From Myxococcota bacterium (GTDB taxonomy: Bacteria; Myxococcota_A; UBA9042): a stretch of 64,000 bases of DNA. Positions 30,603-39,943 of the stretch are shown here, in pieces; positions within the stretch are counted from its first letter, which is position 1; every line of letters begins with the position of its first letter. The notes below the pieces were generated by a model that searched no databases, was not told the origin of the DNA, and saw nothing but the letters and a program-made list of their open reading frames with translations. The stretch is taken from contig JBMOIG010000007.1 in NCBI GenBank assembly GCA_049317445.1, positions 3,700-67,699 of the forward strand, read 5' to 3'. Position numbers and translations under genes: made by a program.

Positions 30603-30624
30603 TTCCGCCGACCAGGTACAGGGT

Positions 30625-33546
30625 GTGCTCGGACTTGCGCTTTCCGCTCGTCGGCGCCCTCTAGCTGTCGTCGCGCTCATGGGCGTGCTCGTCGTCGCCG
30701 CGATCTCCTGCGACGGTCTGCAGCGCGCCAGTCGTCCTGACGGTCCCCTGTCACCTCTGCAGCCGCTGCTGGCCGCGCTGGGTCTCGTGCCTGGCGTTCC
30801 TGATCTGCCTGCCGACTGGACCTTCGAACGCGACCAAGTGCCGCAGTCGCCGGCCCTGCTTGCCGTTGACGCGCCGCTGGGCGAACTCCCCGCACCGTTC
30901 CGCCAGCCCGATGCTTTGAAGGCGTGGGAGCTGCAGCGGGAGGGGCGCATGTCCGAGGCCGCCCCCTTGGCCGAGCAGGCGTGGAAGGCGTTGTCCGCCA
31001 ACCCTGAACTGGCGGAAGAGCGCGTCACGTTTGCGTTTTTCCTCGCCGCCGTCCGTCAGGCGCAGGGCAACAAGACCGGCGCCATCGAGGCCGCACGTGT
31101 AGCCACGGCCCATCCCTCGCTGGGGCCCAATGCGGTTCGCTGGCTTGCCGCACGCGCCGACGACCAAGGGCTGCCTTCGCTGGTGCTTTCGATTGCCTAT
31201 GGCCGCGACGAACCGGGGATCCGCCTGCTTCGCGTCCGCGCCCTGCGCCGCACGGGTAGCCCAGCCGCGGCTTGGAGCGAACTCGAAACATTGCCTACAG
31301 AAACAGGCAGTTCTCTGTGGCGGCGGGCGCAGGTCGAGCGGATGCGCACGCTGATCTCCCGCGGCCGCGAAGACGAGGGCATCGCCATCGCCCGTTCGCT
31401 CGTGACCCAGTCGGTCAAGACGTCGCAGGCGGAGGAAGCGGTCGACCTGCTGATCGGCTCGACCGACCAGACGTGGAAGGACCGCCTGAAGCGCCGCCCC
31501 CAGGATGGTCCTGCCGTGCTGGAGGCCCTGGTCTACACCGCGCAGCGCCGACGCTATGCGCGTGCGACGCCTGCCCTGACGGCGCTTGCCGACACGCCGG
31601 GGGTCTCGCTGGCGGTGCAGTGCCACGCGCGCTCGTGGGCTGCACGCACCTGGGATCGCAAACCTGCATTCGACAAGGCTCTTGCCCTCTACGACACCAT
31701 GCCGCCCGCCTGCGACAGCGACCCCGAAGTGCGCGCGCTGCAAGTCGAAGACGGGGGGCTCGACGCGGGCGACCTGGCCTTCCGCATGGGTCGCGCGCTG
31801 TTGTTGTCGGGCAATCCGGAGGGCAAGGCCCACCTCGAGCGGGCGCTGGAGCAGGGACTGACTGGTCTGGACAGCGATGACGCCCACACCGTGCTGGACA
31901 TGGGGAAGACGAACCCCGAAGCCGGGATGCTGCTCGCCAGATTTGGCCCCATCGCCGCCCGCGACTACGCCGAAAAGGACATCTTCGACGTCACGGTTTG
32001 GCTGATCGCCATGGACCATCTGGTCAGCTCGCGGTGGACCGAGGCGCTGACCCTGCTGGACCGTCTGGCGCAGGTGCGCGACAGCGACCCGCCCCCGTCC
32101 GACACCCGCGGCGAGTCGACCGCGCGCTTCGACGACCGTGACTGGGCCCGCGGCCGCGCCGACTACTTCGCCGGCCGCGCGCTCGAGGCGATGGGACGGC
32201 GCGAAGAGGCCCGCAAGCGCTGGCTTCGGGTGGTGCAGCGCCATCCCCTCACGTACTTTGCTGCCCAGTCGTACGCGTGGATCGATGCCGCCGGTGGGCA
32301 GACCGAGATGGCTGCTTTGCAGGCCGTGGTCGCGCCCAAGTCGGGCGAGCCGACGGGACCCGTTCTGGACGCGCAGCTTCTCGCAAAGCAAGGCGTGCAA
32401 CGGGCCCGCTTGCTGGGCCAGCTGGGCTGGAACGAAGAAGCCGGCGACGAACTGGACACTTTGGGTCTGGGGCGAGTCACAGGGCCCGAAGTGCGCTGGG
32501 CGACGGGCGATCCCGGCGGGCTGTGGACGCGGGCAGCACTGGACGACGAAGCCGGTCGCTGGGTGTCCTCCCACTTGATGGGCCGCGATACGCTGCGACG
32601 CTATTCGCTGACCTACCCGCACGACGGCAACCGTCAGGCGTGGAAGATCTCGTATCCACGGGCCTTTCGCTCGCTGATGGACGGCGCCGCGCGGGAGTTC
32701 GGCCTGCACCCGTCGATTGTGTACGCGATCGCCCGCGCCGAGAGCGGCTTCAACCCGCGGGTCGAGTCGAACGCCGCCGCCATCGGCCTGCTGCAGCTGA
32801 TCCTGCCAACCGCCAAGGAGATGGCCAAGCCCCTGGGCCTTGTGGCCGATGCCCAGACCCTGCGCCAGCCTGCGGTCAACGTGCGCTTGGGCGCGCGCTA
32901 CCTCAAGCGACTGCTCGACCGCTTCGAGCGCGAGGCGCAGATGGCGGCCGGCTACAACGCGGGCGGCGGTGCGGTGGGGCGCTGGCGCAAGGTGCGCGGC
33001 CAGTGGCCGTTGGACCTGTACGTCGAGGCGATTCCCTTCCGCGAAACGCGTGACTACGCCAAGCGCGTGCTCTCGAACATCGCCGCCTATCGCAACTTGT
33101 ACGACGGCACGCCCCTGCACATGTTTGGCCTGACACAGAAGCCCGTGCCGACGTCTGAAGAGCCGCCGACCGAGCCCGCCTCATCCGCTGTCGAGGAAGT
33201 CCCGGCCGCTGCGCCGACGCCAGAAGCAGTCGACGTGGCTCCCGCCGACGGCAAGCCGGCCGCGCCCGCGCCAGCTGCCGCGCCCCCGGTCGGCAAGGGA
33301 AAGGCGGCGACCAAACCCGCGGCACCATCCAAGCCGACCGCCAAGCCTGAGCCCGTTGCAAAGGGCAAGGCTGCGACAAAGGCGACGGCCAAGGCTGCGT
33401 CGGTCAAGGGGAAGTCTCACGCGTCTGGCCGTGCGGCCGTCCATGCCCCCGCCAAGAGCGGCAAGGCCGTCACAAAGGCACGACCCGCCACCAAGGCCAA
33501 GGCGGCCCGCCCCAAGACCACCAAGCGACGCCACCCGGCCAAGTGA
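30625..33546 (+). CDS. Soluble lytic murein transglycosylase (Slt70-like superhelical domain + SLT catalytic domain) with a histone-H1-like Lys/Ala/Pro C-terminal tail
   Basis: The SLT motif is ESGFNPRVESNAAAIGLLQLIL...AGYNAGGGAV. The start is taken at GTG 30625, giving the signal peptide MLGLALSARRRPLAVVALMGVLVVAAISC. ATG 30679 is an alternative. The last roughly 100 aa are PAAPAPAAAPPVGKGKAATKPAAPSKPTAKPEP...KAKAARPKTTKRRHPAK. Confidence 0.85.
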   Translation: MLGLALSARRRPLAVVALMGVLVVAAISCDGLQRASRPDGPLSPLQPLLAALGLVPGVPDLPADWTFERDQVPQSPALLAVDAPLGELPAPFRQPDALKAWELQREGRMSEAAPLAEQAWKALSANPELAEERVTFAFFLAAVRQAQGNKTGAIEAARVATAHPSLGPNAVRWLAARADDQGLPSLVLSIAYGRDEPGIRLLRVRALRRTGSPAAAWSELETLPTETGSSLWRRAQVERMRTLISRGREDEGIAIARSLVTQSVKTSQAEEAVDLLIGSTDQTWKDRLKRRPQDGPAVLEALVYTAQRRRYARATPALTALADTPGVSLAVQCHARSWAARTWDRKPAFDKALALYDTMPPACDSDPEVRALQVEDGGLDAGDLAFRMGRALLLSGNPEGKAHLERALEQGLTGLDSDDAHTVLDMGKTNPEAGMLLARFGPIAARDYAEKDIFDVTVWLIAMDHLVSSRWTEALTLLDRLAQVRDSDPPPSDTRGESTARFDDRDWARGRADYFAGRALEAMGRREEARKRWLRVVQRHPLTYFAAQSYAWIDAAGGQTEMAALQAVVAPKSGEPTGPVLDAQLLAKQGVQRARLLGQLGWNEEAGDELDTLGLGRVTGPEVRWATGDPGGLWTRAALDDEAGRWVSSHLMGRDTLRRYSLTYPHDGNRQAWKISYPRAFRSLMDGAAREFGLHPSIVYAIARAESGFNPRVESNAAAIGLLQLILPTAKEMAKPLGLVADAQTLRQPAVNVRLGARYLKRLLDRFEREAQMAAGYNAGGGAVGRWRKVRGQWPLDLYVEAIPFRETRDYAKRVLSNIAAYRNLYDGTPLHMFGLTQKPVPTSEEPPTEPASSAVEEVPAAAPTPEAVDVAPADGKPAAPAPAAAPPVGKGKAATKPAAPSKPTAKPEPVAKGKAATKATAKAASVKGKSHASGRAAVHAPAKSGKAVTKARPATKAKAARPKTTKRRHPAK

Positions 33547-33649
33547 CAGTGAGCGGAACCCGCGTCTTCTCGCGGATGATCCGGCCCACGGTTTGACGCA
33601 GCGCGCTGGTTCGGGCTGAATCGTCTCCGCTCTTCAGGCGTCGAAACCG

Positions 33650-35938
33650 GTGTCGCCAGCCGCTGGGGCTGGGACCGCAACTTCGGTGCCGTGCGGGGCA
33701 CCGTCGCGACAAGCCCGCGCAGGATCGCAAGGCGTGAAAGCCCTTCGCACTCCAACACCTTCAGCCAATCCGCCGCCACCGGTGTTCCGGCCCGGTCGGC
33801 TGCCGCCGCACGTTCGCGCCCAGATCGAACCCGTGCTGGCGGTGGTCGGCCACGCCCGCCGTCGCTTGTGGCTGCAGCGCACGTTCGCGCGTCTGACGTC
33901 GGGACTGGCGGTGCCGCTGGCTGCGTTGGGTGCTTGGACGCTGACCGCGCGGCTGGGAGCGGTGCAGGCGGACGGCGACATCTGGGTGTGGTCGGGGTTT
34001 GCGCTGTTGTCGCTGATCGTCCTGTTTGTCGCTCACTTGGGACGTCCGACGTGGCTGCAGGCTGCGCGGAGGACCGACCGCGCCGCCCATGGTCAGGACC
34101 GTCTGACGACCGCGCTGTGGCTCGCGCACGAGCACCGTTCTGACGGGTGGGCACTGGCACAAGCCGCTGCCGCCACTCGCTTTTCGGCACAAGTTGATGT
34201 CCCTGCGCTGTTTCCCTGGCGACGCCCGGCTGCCTGGCCATGGACACTGGCTGCGCTGCTGGTCTTTGCCGCGGGCATGTGGACCCCGCTGCCGTGGGAC
34301 GCGCGCGCGCGGTGGCTGGGACCGCAGCCCGCGCAAGCCGTCGACGTGCGACTGCCAACGCTGCCGGTCGGGTTTGCGACTGCTGCGGACTTGTTGGGCA
34401 AGGACATGGTCTCGCTGCTGGGCGCGGACATCCAACTGCTGGCGGAGGTCGAGGCGCAGGTCGAGGACGCCGACACCAAGGAGTGGCTGCGTCAAGTACG
34501 CGAGGTCGCCGAAGGCGTGGCCGACGGTCGGTTGGACAAACGGCAGGCGCTCGACAAGCTTGCAGAACTGGAAGCGAATCGACCGGACAAGCCTGTCGAC
34601 CCAGCCGCAACCGATTCGACCCAGACGCCGGACAATCCGAGCGGCGAGACGGCCGATACGGCGCAGCAGCGCAAGGACCAAGCGGTGCGCAACGCGGTTC
34701 TGGAAGCGGCAGCTGCGGCAGGCAAGGAATTGCCGAACGAGCAAGATCGCAAGGCCGTCGAGAAGGCGGTGAAGGAGCAGGATCTGGACGCCCTGGCGAA
34801 GCTGGCCGAGAAGCTGGCGGATCGCGACTGGTCGGACGCCGAGGTTGAGAAGTGGATGAAGACGCTGGAGAAATTCGCCGACAAGCTGAAGGACCGCAAA
34901 ATCCCCGAGTCGATGAAGAAGCTGGCGGATCAGGTGGACAGGCTGCAGAAGAAGCGCGCGGCCCAAGGCGGCCTCGGCAAGGCGGATCAGGAGCGACTGA
35001 AGCAGGCCCGCCACGATCTGGAGCAGCTCAAGCGCGACAACGGCGATGCGCTGGCGGCCGAACATGAGGTCGAACGGCTGGAGCGGGGCGCGCGGGCGGC
35101 GGCCGACGAGCTGCGACGCCAGCAAGAGCAAAGTCGGCTGGGACAGAAGGGCGGCGACAAGGCTGAGCGCGACAAGAAGGCGGCGGAAGAGGCCAAGGCG
35201 CGGGCGGCGGCAACCAAGGCGCAGGCACGTGTCGCGGCCGAAGAGCTGCGGCGTGAGAGTCAGGACCAGCAAGGCCGACAGGCACAGCGAATCGGAGAGG
35301 CACGGCTCAAGGAGATTCGCGAAGCCCTTGAACGTGCTGGCGAATCGGATGATTCCCGACGCGAATTCGAGCGCAAGGCCCGCGCCGAGCAGCCCGGCGA
35401 AGGCGACAAGAGCGACAAGGGCGAAGGCGGCAACAAGTCCCGCCTGACCAAGCGCGAGCCCGGCAAGCCCGCCGCCCCCCAGCCCCCGGGCAGTGAGAAG
35501 GGCGAGGACGGCAAGGACAAGGGCATGCAGCTCGGCAAGGGCAAGCTCGAGGGCAAGAGTCGTATCGAGCTGCTGCGCGAGGGCTACGAGCAGAAGGGCC
35601 AAGCCGACGACGGAGAACCCGAGGAGTCGTCCAAGGTTGCCGACAGTCCCGGCACCGGACGCGGCGACGATCGCGAAGATCCCACCCAAGATCGCATCGC
35701 CGGCGGCAAGCGCGAGAAGCTGACCGGCCAGAAGAACGACGGCCCCGACGTCAAGCAGACGTTTGTCGACGCCGCGCGAAAGGGGTTCTCGCAGCAGGGC
35801 TGGCGCGACGTCTACGTCGAGTACAGCGAAGTCGCCGAACAGATGCTGGATGCTGAAGAATTGCCCCCGGGTCGCCGTGCCACCGTTCGCCGCTACTTCG
35901 AGTTGATCCGCCCCCGGACGACTGCCCCCGCCCCCTGA
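33650..35938 (+). CDS. Large membrane protein with a long charged coiled-coil region, first gene of the MoxR/DUF58/VWA cassette
   Basis: Three or four N-terminal transmembrane helices are followed by about 450 aa of E/K/R/A/D-rich coiled coil. The start is uncertain; GTG 33734 is possible. Confidence 0.6.
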   Translation: MSPAAGAGTATSVPCGAPSRQARAGSQGVKALRTPTPSANPPPPVFRPGRLPPHVRAQIEPVLAVVGHARRRLWLQRTFARLTSGLAVPLAALGAWTLTARLGAVQADGDIWVWSGFALLSLIVLFVAHLGRPTWLQAARRTDRAAHGQDRLTTALWLAHEHRSDGWALAQAAAATRFSAQVDVPALFPWRRPAAWPWTLAALLVFAAGMWTPLPWDARARWLGPQPAQAVDVRLPTLPVGFATAADLLGKDMVSLLGADIQLLAEVEAQVEDADTKEWLRQVREVAEGVADGRLDKRQALDKLAELEANRPDKPVDPAATDSTQTPDNPSGETADTAQQRKDQAVRNAVLEAAAAAGKELPNEQDRKAVEKAVKEQDLDALAKLAEKLADRDWSDAEVEKWMKTLEKFADKLKDRKIPESMKKLADQVDRLQKKRAAQGGLGKADQERLKQARHDLEQLKRDNGDALAAEHEVERLERGARAAADELRRQQEQSRLGQKGGDKAERDKKAAEEAKARAAATKAQARVAAEELRRESQDQQGRQAQRIGEARLKEIREALERAGESDDSRREFERKARAEQPGEGDKSDKGEGGNKSRLTKREPGKPAAPQPPGSEKGEDGKDKGMQLGKGKLEGKSRIELLREGYEQKGQADDGEPEESSKVADSPGTGRGDDREDPTQDRIAGGKREKLTGQKNDGPDVKQTFVDAARKGFSQQGWRDVYVEYSEVAEQMLDAEELPPGRRATVRRYFELIRPRTTAPAP

Positions 35939-35989
35939 ACCCAACGCAGGAATCCGGCCGCTTTTCGGCCACATCGCAGAGGCCACGCC

Positions 35990-37003
35990 ATGACCGCCAT
36001 GACCCCGCTCGTCACCAAGGACCCGACTGCCCAGGACATCGACCAAGGGGTCGCCTGGATTACCGAACGCTTGGACGCGCTCAAACTCGAGCTGGGCCGC
36101 GTGATGGTGGGTCAGGAAGACGTCATCGAGGGCGTGTTGCTGGGCCTGCTGGGCGGTGGCCACATCCTGCTGGAAGGCGTGCCGGGGCTCGGAAAGACGC
36201 TGCTGGTGCGAACCCTTGCGTCTGCCCTGAGTCTGGATTTTTCGCGCGTGCAGTTCACCCCCGACCTGATGCCCAGCGACATCGTGGGCGCCCAGGTGCT
36301 GATGGACGACAAGCAGGGCGGCCGCGCCTTCACGTTCCAGAAGGGGCCGGTCTTCACGAACATCCTGCTGGCCGACGAGATCAACCGCGCCACGCCCAAG
36401 GTGCAGTCGGCGCTGCTCGAGGCGATGCAGGAGCGCTCGGTCACCGTCGGCCGGCAGACGTGGCAGCTGACGGCGCCGTTCTTCGTGATGGCGACGCAGA
36501 ACCCGCTGGAGATGGAGGGGACGTACCCGTTGCCGGAGGCGCAGTTGGACCGCTTCATGTTCAAGCTGCTGGTGCCGTTTCCGACCGAAGCGCAGCTGCG
36601 CGAGATCGTGTCCCGCACCATCAAGGCCGAGCAGGTGACGCTGCACGCTGTGATGAAGGCAGAAGAGATTTTGGAGATCCATCGGTTTGCGCTCGAGTGC
36701 CCGGTATCTCCCGACGTCATCGATTACGCCGTTCGGCTAGTGTCCGGGTCGCACGGCACACTGGGACCGGCCAAGCAATACCTGCGCAGCGGCGCAAGTC
36801 CGCGTGCGGTGCAAGCGCTGGTGTTGGGTTCCAAGCTGCGAGCCTTGACACAGGGCCGCTACAACGCCTCGGTCGACGACGTGCGCGCGCTGGCCTTGCC
36901 CGTGCTGCGCCACCGACTGCTGCTGAATTTCGACGCAGAGGCCGACGGCGTGCGCACCGACCACGTGATCGCCCAGATGCTGAAGGAATTGGACAAGAAG
37001 TAG
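35990..37003 (+). CDS. MoxR-family AAA+ ATPase
   Basis: Walker A is LLEGVPGLGKT, Walker B is ILLADEINRA, and the length of 337 aa is typical of MoxR. Confidence 0.92.
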   Translation: MTAMTPLVTKDPTAQDIDQGVAWITERLDALKLELGRVMVGQEDVIEGVLLGLLGGGHILLEGVPGLGKTLLVRTLASALSLDFSRVQFTPDLMPSDIVGAQVLMDDKQGGRAFTFQKGPVFTNILLADEINRATPKVQSALLEAMQERSVTVGRQTWQLTAPFFVMATQNPLEMEGTYPLPEAQLDRFMFKLLVPFPTEAQLREIVSRTIKAEQVTLHAVMKAEEILEIHRFALECPVSPDVIDYAVRLVSGSHGTLGPAKQYLRSGASPRAVQALVLGSKLRALTQGRYNASVDDVRALALPVLRHRLLLNFDAEADGVRTDHVIAQMLKELDKK

Positions 37004-37016
37004 CAGGGAGTTCGCC

Positions 37017-37931
37017 TTGGCCGACGGTTTCCCCCGCAAGATCCGCGACGACCTGTTCGACGCAGCCTTCCTTGGCCGCGTCGAGCAGCTGGCGTTGTTG
37101 TCTCGCCGCATCGCCACCTCGGGCCAGCGGGCGATGCGGCGTTCGCGCAAGATCGGCAGCGGCATCGAGTTCGCCGACCACCGCGAGTACGCCCCCGGCG
37201 ACGACCCCCGGGCCATCGACTGGCTGCTGTATGCCCGCACCGAGCGTCTGCAACTGCGCCTGTACGAAGAGGAAGAGGACCTGAGTGTCTACTTCCTGCT
37301 CGATCGCTCGACTTCGGTGACCATGGCGGCCGACGGACAGCAGAGCCTGTTCGACCGGTCACTGCAGGTCACCGCGGCGCTGTCGTACATTTCGCTGTCG
37401 AACCTGGATCGCGTGTCGGTGGTGCCGTTCAGCGAGGGCATCGAGGCTCCGATGCGACCCCTGCGCGGGCGCAGCCAGTTCTTCCGCATCCTGCGGGTGC
37501 TGTCTGACGTCAAGCAGGGCGGTCGCACCGAAATCCATCGCTCGGTCGAGGCCTTTGCCCGACACCAGCCCCGCCGCGGTCTGGTGGTGCTGCTCAGCGA
37601 CTTCTACGACCCAGCGGGCTTGGGCGACAGCCTGCGCTACCTCGCCTTTCGCGGCTACGAGCCGATGGTGCTGCATCTGGTCGATCGGTCCCTGCTCGAC
37701 GCGCCGGTCCTCGGCGATCTGGCGCTGGTCGATTGCGAGACGGGCGACGTGCGCGAGCTGTGCCTGACGCCCTCGCTGATGGAGAATTACCGCAAGGCAT
37801 TCGACGGGTTCACGGGCGAGATCGAGCGCGCGTCGCGTGAAGCCGGCGCTCGCTGCCTGCAGGTCGATCTGGCGCTGCCGTTTGACGAGGTCGTGATGAA
37901 GGTCTTCCGCGCGGGAGGGTTCCTGGCGTGA
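37017..37931 (+). CDS. DUF58-family protein (MoxR partner)
   Basis: TTG start with an AGGGAG RBS. The DUF58 signature is GSGIEFADHREYAPGDDPRAIDW. Confidence 0.85.
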   Translation: MADGFPRKIRDDLFDAAFLGRVEQLALLSRRIATSGQRAMRRSRKIGSGIEFADHREYAPGDDPRAIDWLLYARTERLQLRLYEEEEDLSVYFLLDRSTSVTMAADGQQSLFDRSLQVTAALSYISLSNLDRVSVVPFSEGIEAPMRPLRGRSQFFRILRVLSDVKQGGRTEIHRSVEAFARHQPRRGLVVLLSDFYDPAGLGDSLRYLAFRGYEPMVLHLVDRSLLDAPVLGDLALVDCETGDVRELCLTPSLMENYRKAFDGFTGEIERASREAGARCLQVDLALPFDEVVMKVFRAGGFLA

Positions 37932-39943
37932 CGGGCTTGCTGACCACCGTGCGCGAGGCCCTGATCCTCGCAGGCCTCATCGGCCTGGCGCTTGCGCTGC
38001 TGTACCTGCTGCGTCCCCGGCGGCGGCGCGTCGAAGTGCCGTTCGGCGCCTTGTGGCAGCGGGTGCTCGCGCAGTCCGAGTCGCGCGCGGTGGGCAAGCA
38101 CTGGCGGCGCCTGTTGTCGCTGCTGCTGATGGCCGCGATCGCAGGGCTGCTGGTCACCGCGTTGGCCGACCCGTTGCTGACGCGGGCGGTGGGTGCCGTG
38201 ACGGCAGGTTCTTCCTATACCGTCTTGATTCTGGACACTTCTGCCTCCATGGGGACGCGCGACGGGCGCGGTGGCCGGTTGGGACCCAAGGTCGCCGGCA
38301 CTCGGCTGGACGAGGCCTTGGGTGCTGTGGCCGAACTGGTGGGCAAGGCGCCGTCGAGCGACCGCTTCCTGCTGTTGTCGGCGACGGGCCATGTGCAGGT
38401 GCGATCGGGCTGGGGCGCGCCACGTCCGACGCTGCTGCGGGCGCTGGACGACGTGAGAACTTCGTCGGGCGGTTTGGACCTGCAGAGGGCGCTCGCGGCG
38501 GCCGATCAGGCATTGGCGGGGCGACCGAGGACCCGCACCGTTCTGATCACCGACGGCGGACCGGCGCTCGTGGCCCCAGCCAAGTGGCCGTCCACGCTGC
38601 AGGTTCTTCGCGTGGGTCCGTCGCGCGGCCGCACCGGCACAAAGGTCGAGCCTGCGCTGCTGCCTCAGGGTTTGGACAACCTGGCCGTCGCTGACGTGCG
38701 CGTCCGACCTGCCGCCGGCGACCCCGGGCGAGGCACGGTCACCGTCACGCTGCGCAACGACGCGCGTCGTCCGGTGCAGGCGCGCCTGTCGATCGCGGCA
38801 TCCGACCGCGCCCAGGATGCCCAGCAATTCGGTCAGGATGCGGCCCTGCGGCGCGTCACGACCCTGACGGTGCTACCTGGGACCAGCCGACACGTGCTCG
38901 AGGACGTCGACCTGTCGGCAGCGCGTCTGGCGGTACGGATCGCTCCGGAGCCGCCTCCCCCCGGCAAGGCCCCGGAATTCGTCGATCTGGCCCCGTACGA
39001 CGACTGGGGCTTCGCCGTACTGGCAGAGCGGCATGAGCTGCACGTGCTCTTGGTCACCGAAGGAAACCTGTTTCTGGAAGCGGCGTTGTTGGCGTCTGAC
39101 CGGGTGCGCCTGCACGCAATCCTGCCGTCGGCCTACAAGCCCGAAACCTATGCCTGGAAGGCGCGCGTTCGCCACGGCATCGACGTCGTGGTGCTGGACC
39201 AACTGGCGCAGCCGCTGCCCGACGGCATGCCCGGTCTGCGCCTACTGCTGCGTTCGGAAGATCCCAAGGCGCGCTATGCCCAAGCGCCCGAGGTCGTCGT
39301 TCGCGCCGCGGACCACGCACTGATGCGAGGCGTCAGCTTTCAGGACACGAATTTCGATCAAATTCGAGTGCTTGCACCGCAGCCCGGCGATGTGGTGCTC
39401 GCGGCGGCGTTGCCGTCGGCCCCGGTCATGGTGGCGCGGACGGCCCCGGTGCGAACCGTCGAGTGGGGATTGGACCTGCTCGAGACGGACTTGGGCGGAC
39501 GATTCGCCATGCCCATCCTGATGGACGACGCCGTCGCTTGGCTGGCGGGTGAAGAGGAGCCGCTGCTTGCGCCGCTTGAGCTGGGCCGGCCGTGGGCGAT
39601 CGAGGCTGCGGGCGTAGGTCCTGGCTGGAAGCACTTGGAACCCGGCCAGAAAGAGCCCAAGCCCGCGCGAACCTCTGCCGGCCAACTGCTCGCCGCCAGC
39701 GAGACGCACGGCGTGCAGGTGTGGCTGTCGCCCGACGGCCGGGAAGTGGCGCGCGCGACCGTACTGCCGCCCGCCGAAGGTCCGGCTGAGATCAAGGTGC
39801 TGGGACGCGCCCCGCCTGGCGTCGATGCGTCCGAAGGGTCCGACCCGACTCCCCCCAAGCCCCGCTGGACGTGGCTGTTGCTCGCCGCGACCGTGGTCCT
39901 TGCCGCCGAGTTCGGTCTTTACCTGCGCAGGAGGACCGTATGA
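37928..39943 (+). CDS. BatA-like VWA-domain membrane protein
   Basis: GTGA start overlap. It has two N-terminal transmembrane helices, the MIDAS motif VLILDTSASM, and a C-terminal transmembrane helix. Confidence 0.85.
   Translation: MTGLLTTVREALILAGLIGLALALLYLLRPRRRRVEVPFGALWQRVLAQSESRAVGKHWRRLLSLLLMAAIAGLLVTALADPLLTRAVGAVTAGSSYTVLILDTSASMGTRDGRGGRLGPKVAGTRLDEALGAVAELVGKAPSSDRFLLLSATGHVQVRSGWGAPRPTLLRALDDVRTSSGGLDLQRALAAADQALAGRPRTRTVLITDGGPALVAPAKWPSTLQVLRVGPSRGRTGTKVEPALLPQGLDNLAVADVRVRPAAGDPGRGTVTVTLRNDARRPVQARLSIAASDRAQDAQQFGQDAALRRVTTLTVLPGTSRHVLEDVDLSAARLAVRIAPEPPPPGKAPEFVDLAPYDDWGFAVLAERHELHVLLVTEGNLFLEAALLASDRVRLHAILPSAYKPETYAWKARVRHGIDVVVLDQLAQPLPDGMPGLRLLLRSEDPKARYAQAPEVVVRAADHALMRGVSFQDTNFDQIRVLAPQPGDVVLAAALPSAPVMVARTAPVRTVEWGLDLLETDLGGRFAMPILMDDAVAWLAGEEEPLLAPLELGRPWAIEAAGVGPGWKHLEPGQKEPKPARTSAGQLLAASETHGVQVWLSPDGREVARATVLPPAEGPAEIKVLGRAPPGVDASEGSDPTPPKPRWTWLLLAATVVLAAEFGLYLRRRTV

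Noticed and set aside
30301-30624. N-terminal 108-aa extension of the Slt ORF
   Set aside because: It has no signal peptide and Pro/Trp/Arg-rich junk, and it overlaps an independent small gene with an RBS. A GTG start at 30625 gives a proper signal peptide.
30751-33120. 789-aa minus-strand ORF
   Set aside because: It is antisense to the lytic transglycosylase.
33761-36682. 973-aa minus-strand ORF
   Set aside because: It is antisense to the coiled-coil membrane protein and MoxR, with low-complexity Leu/Arg/Gly composition.
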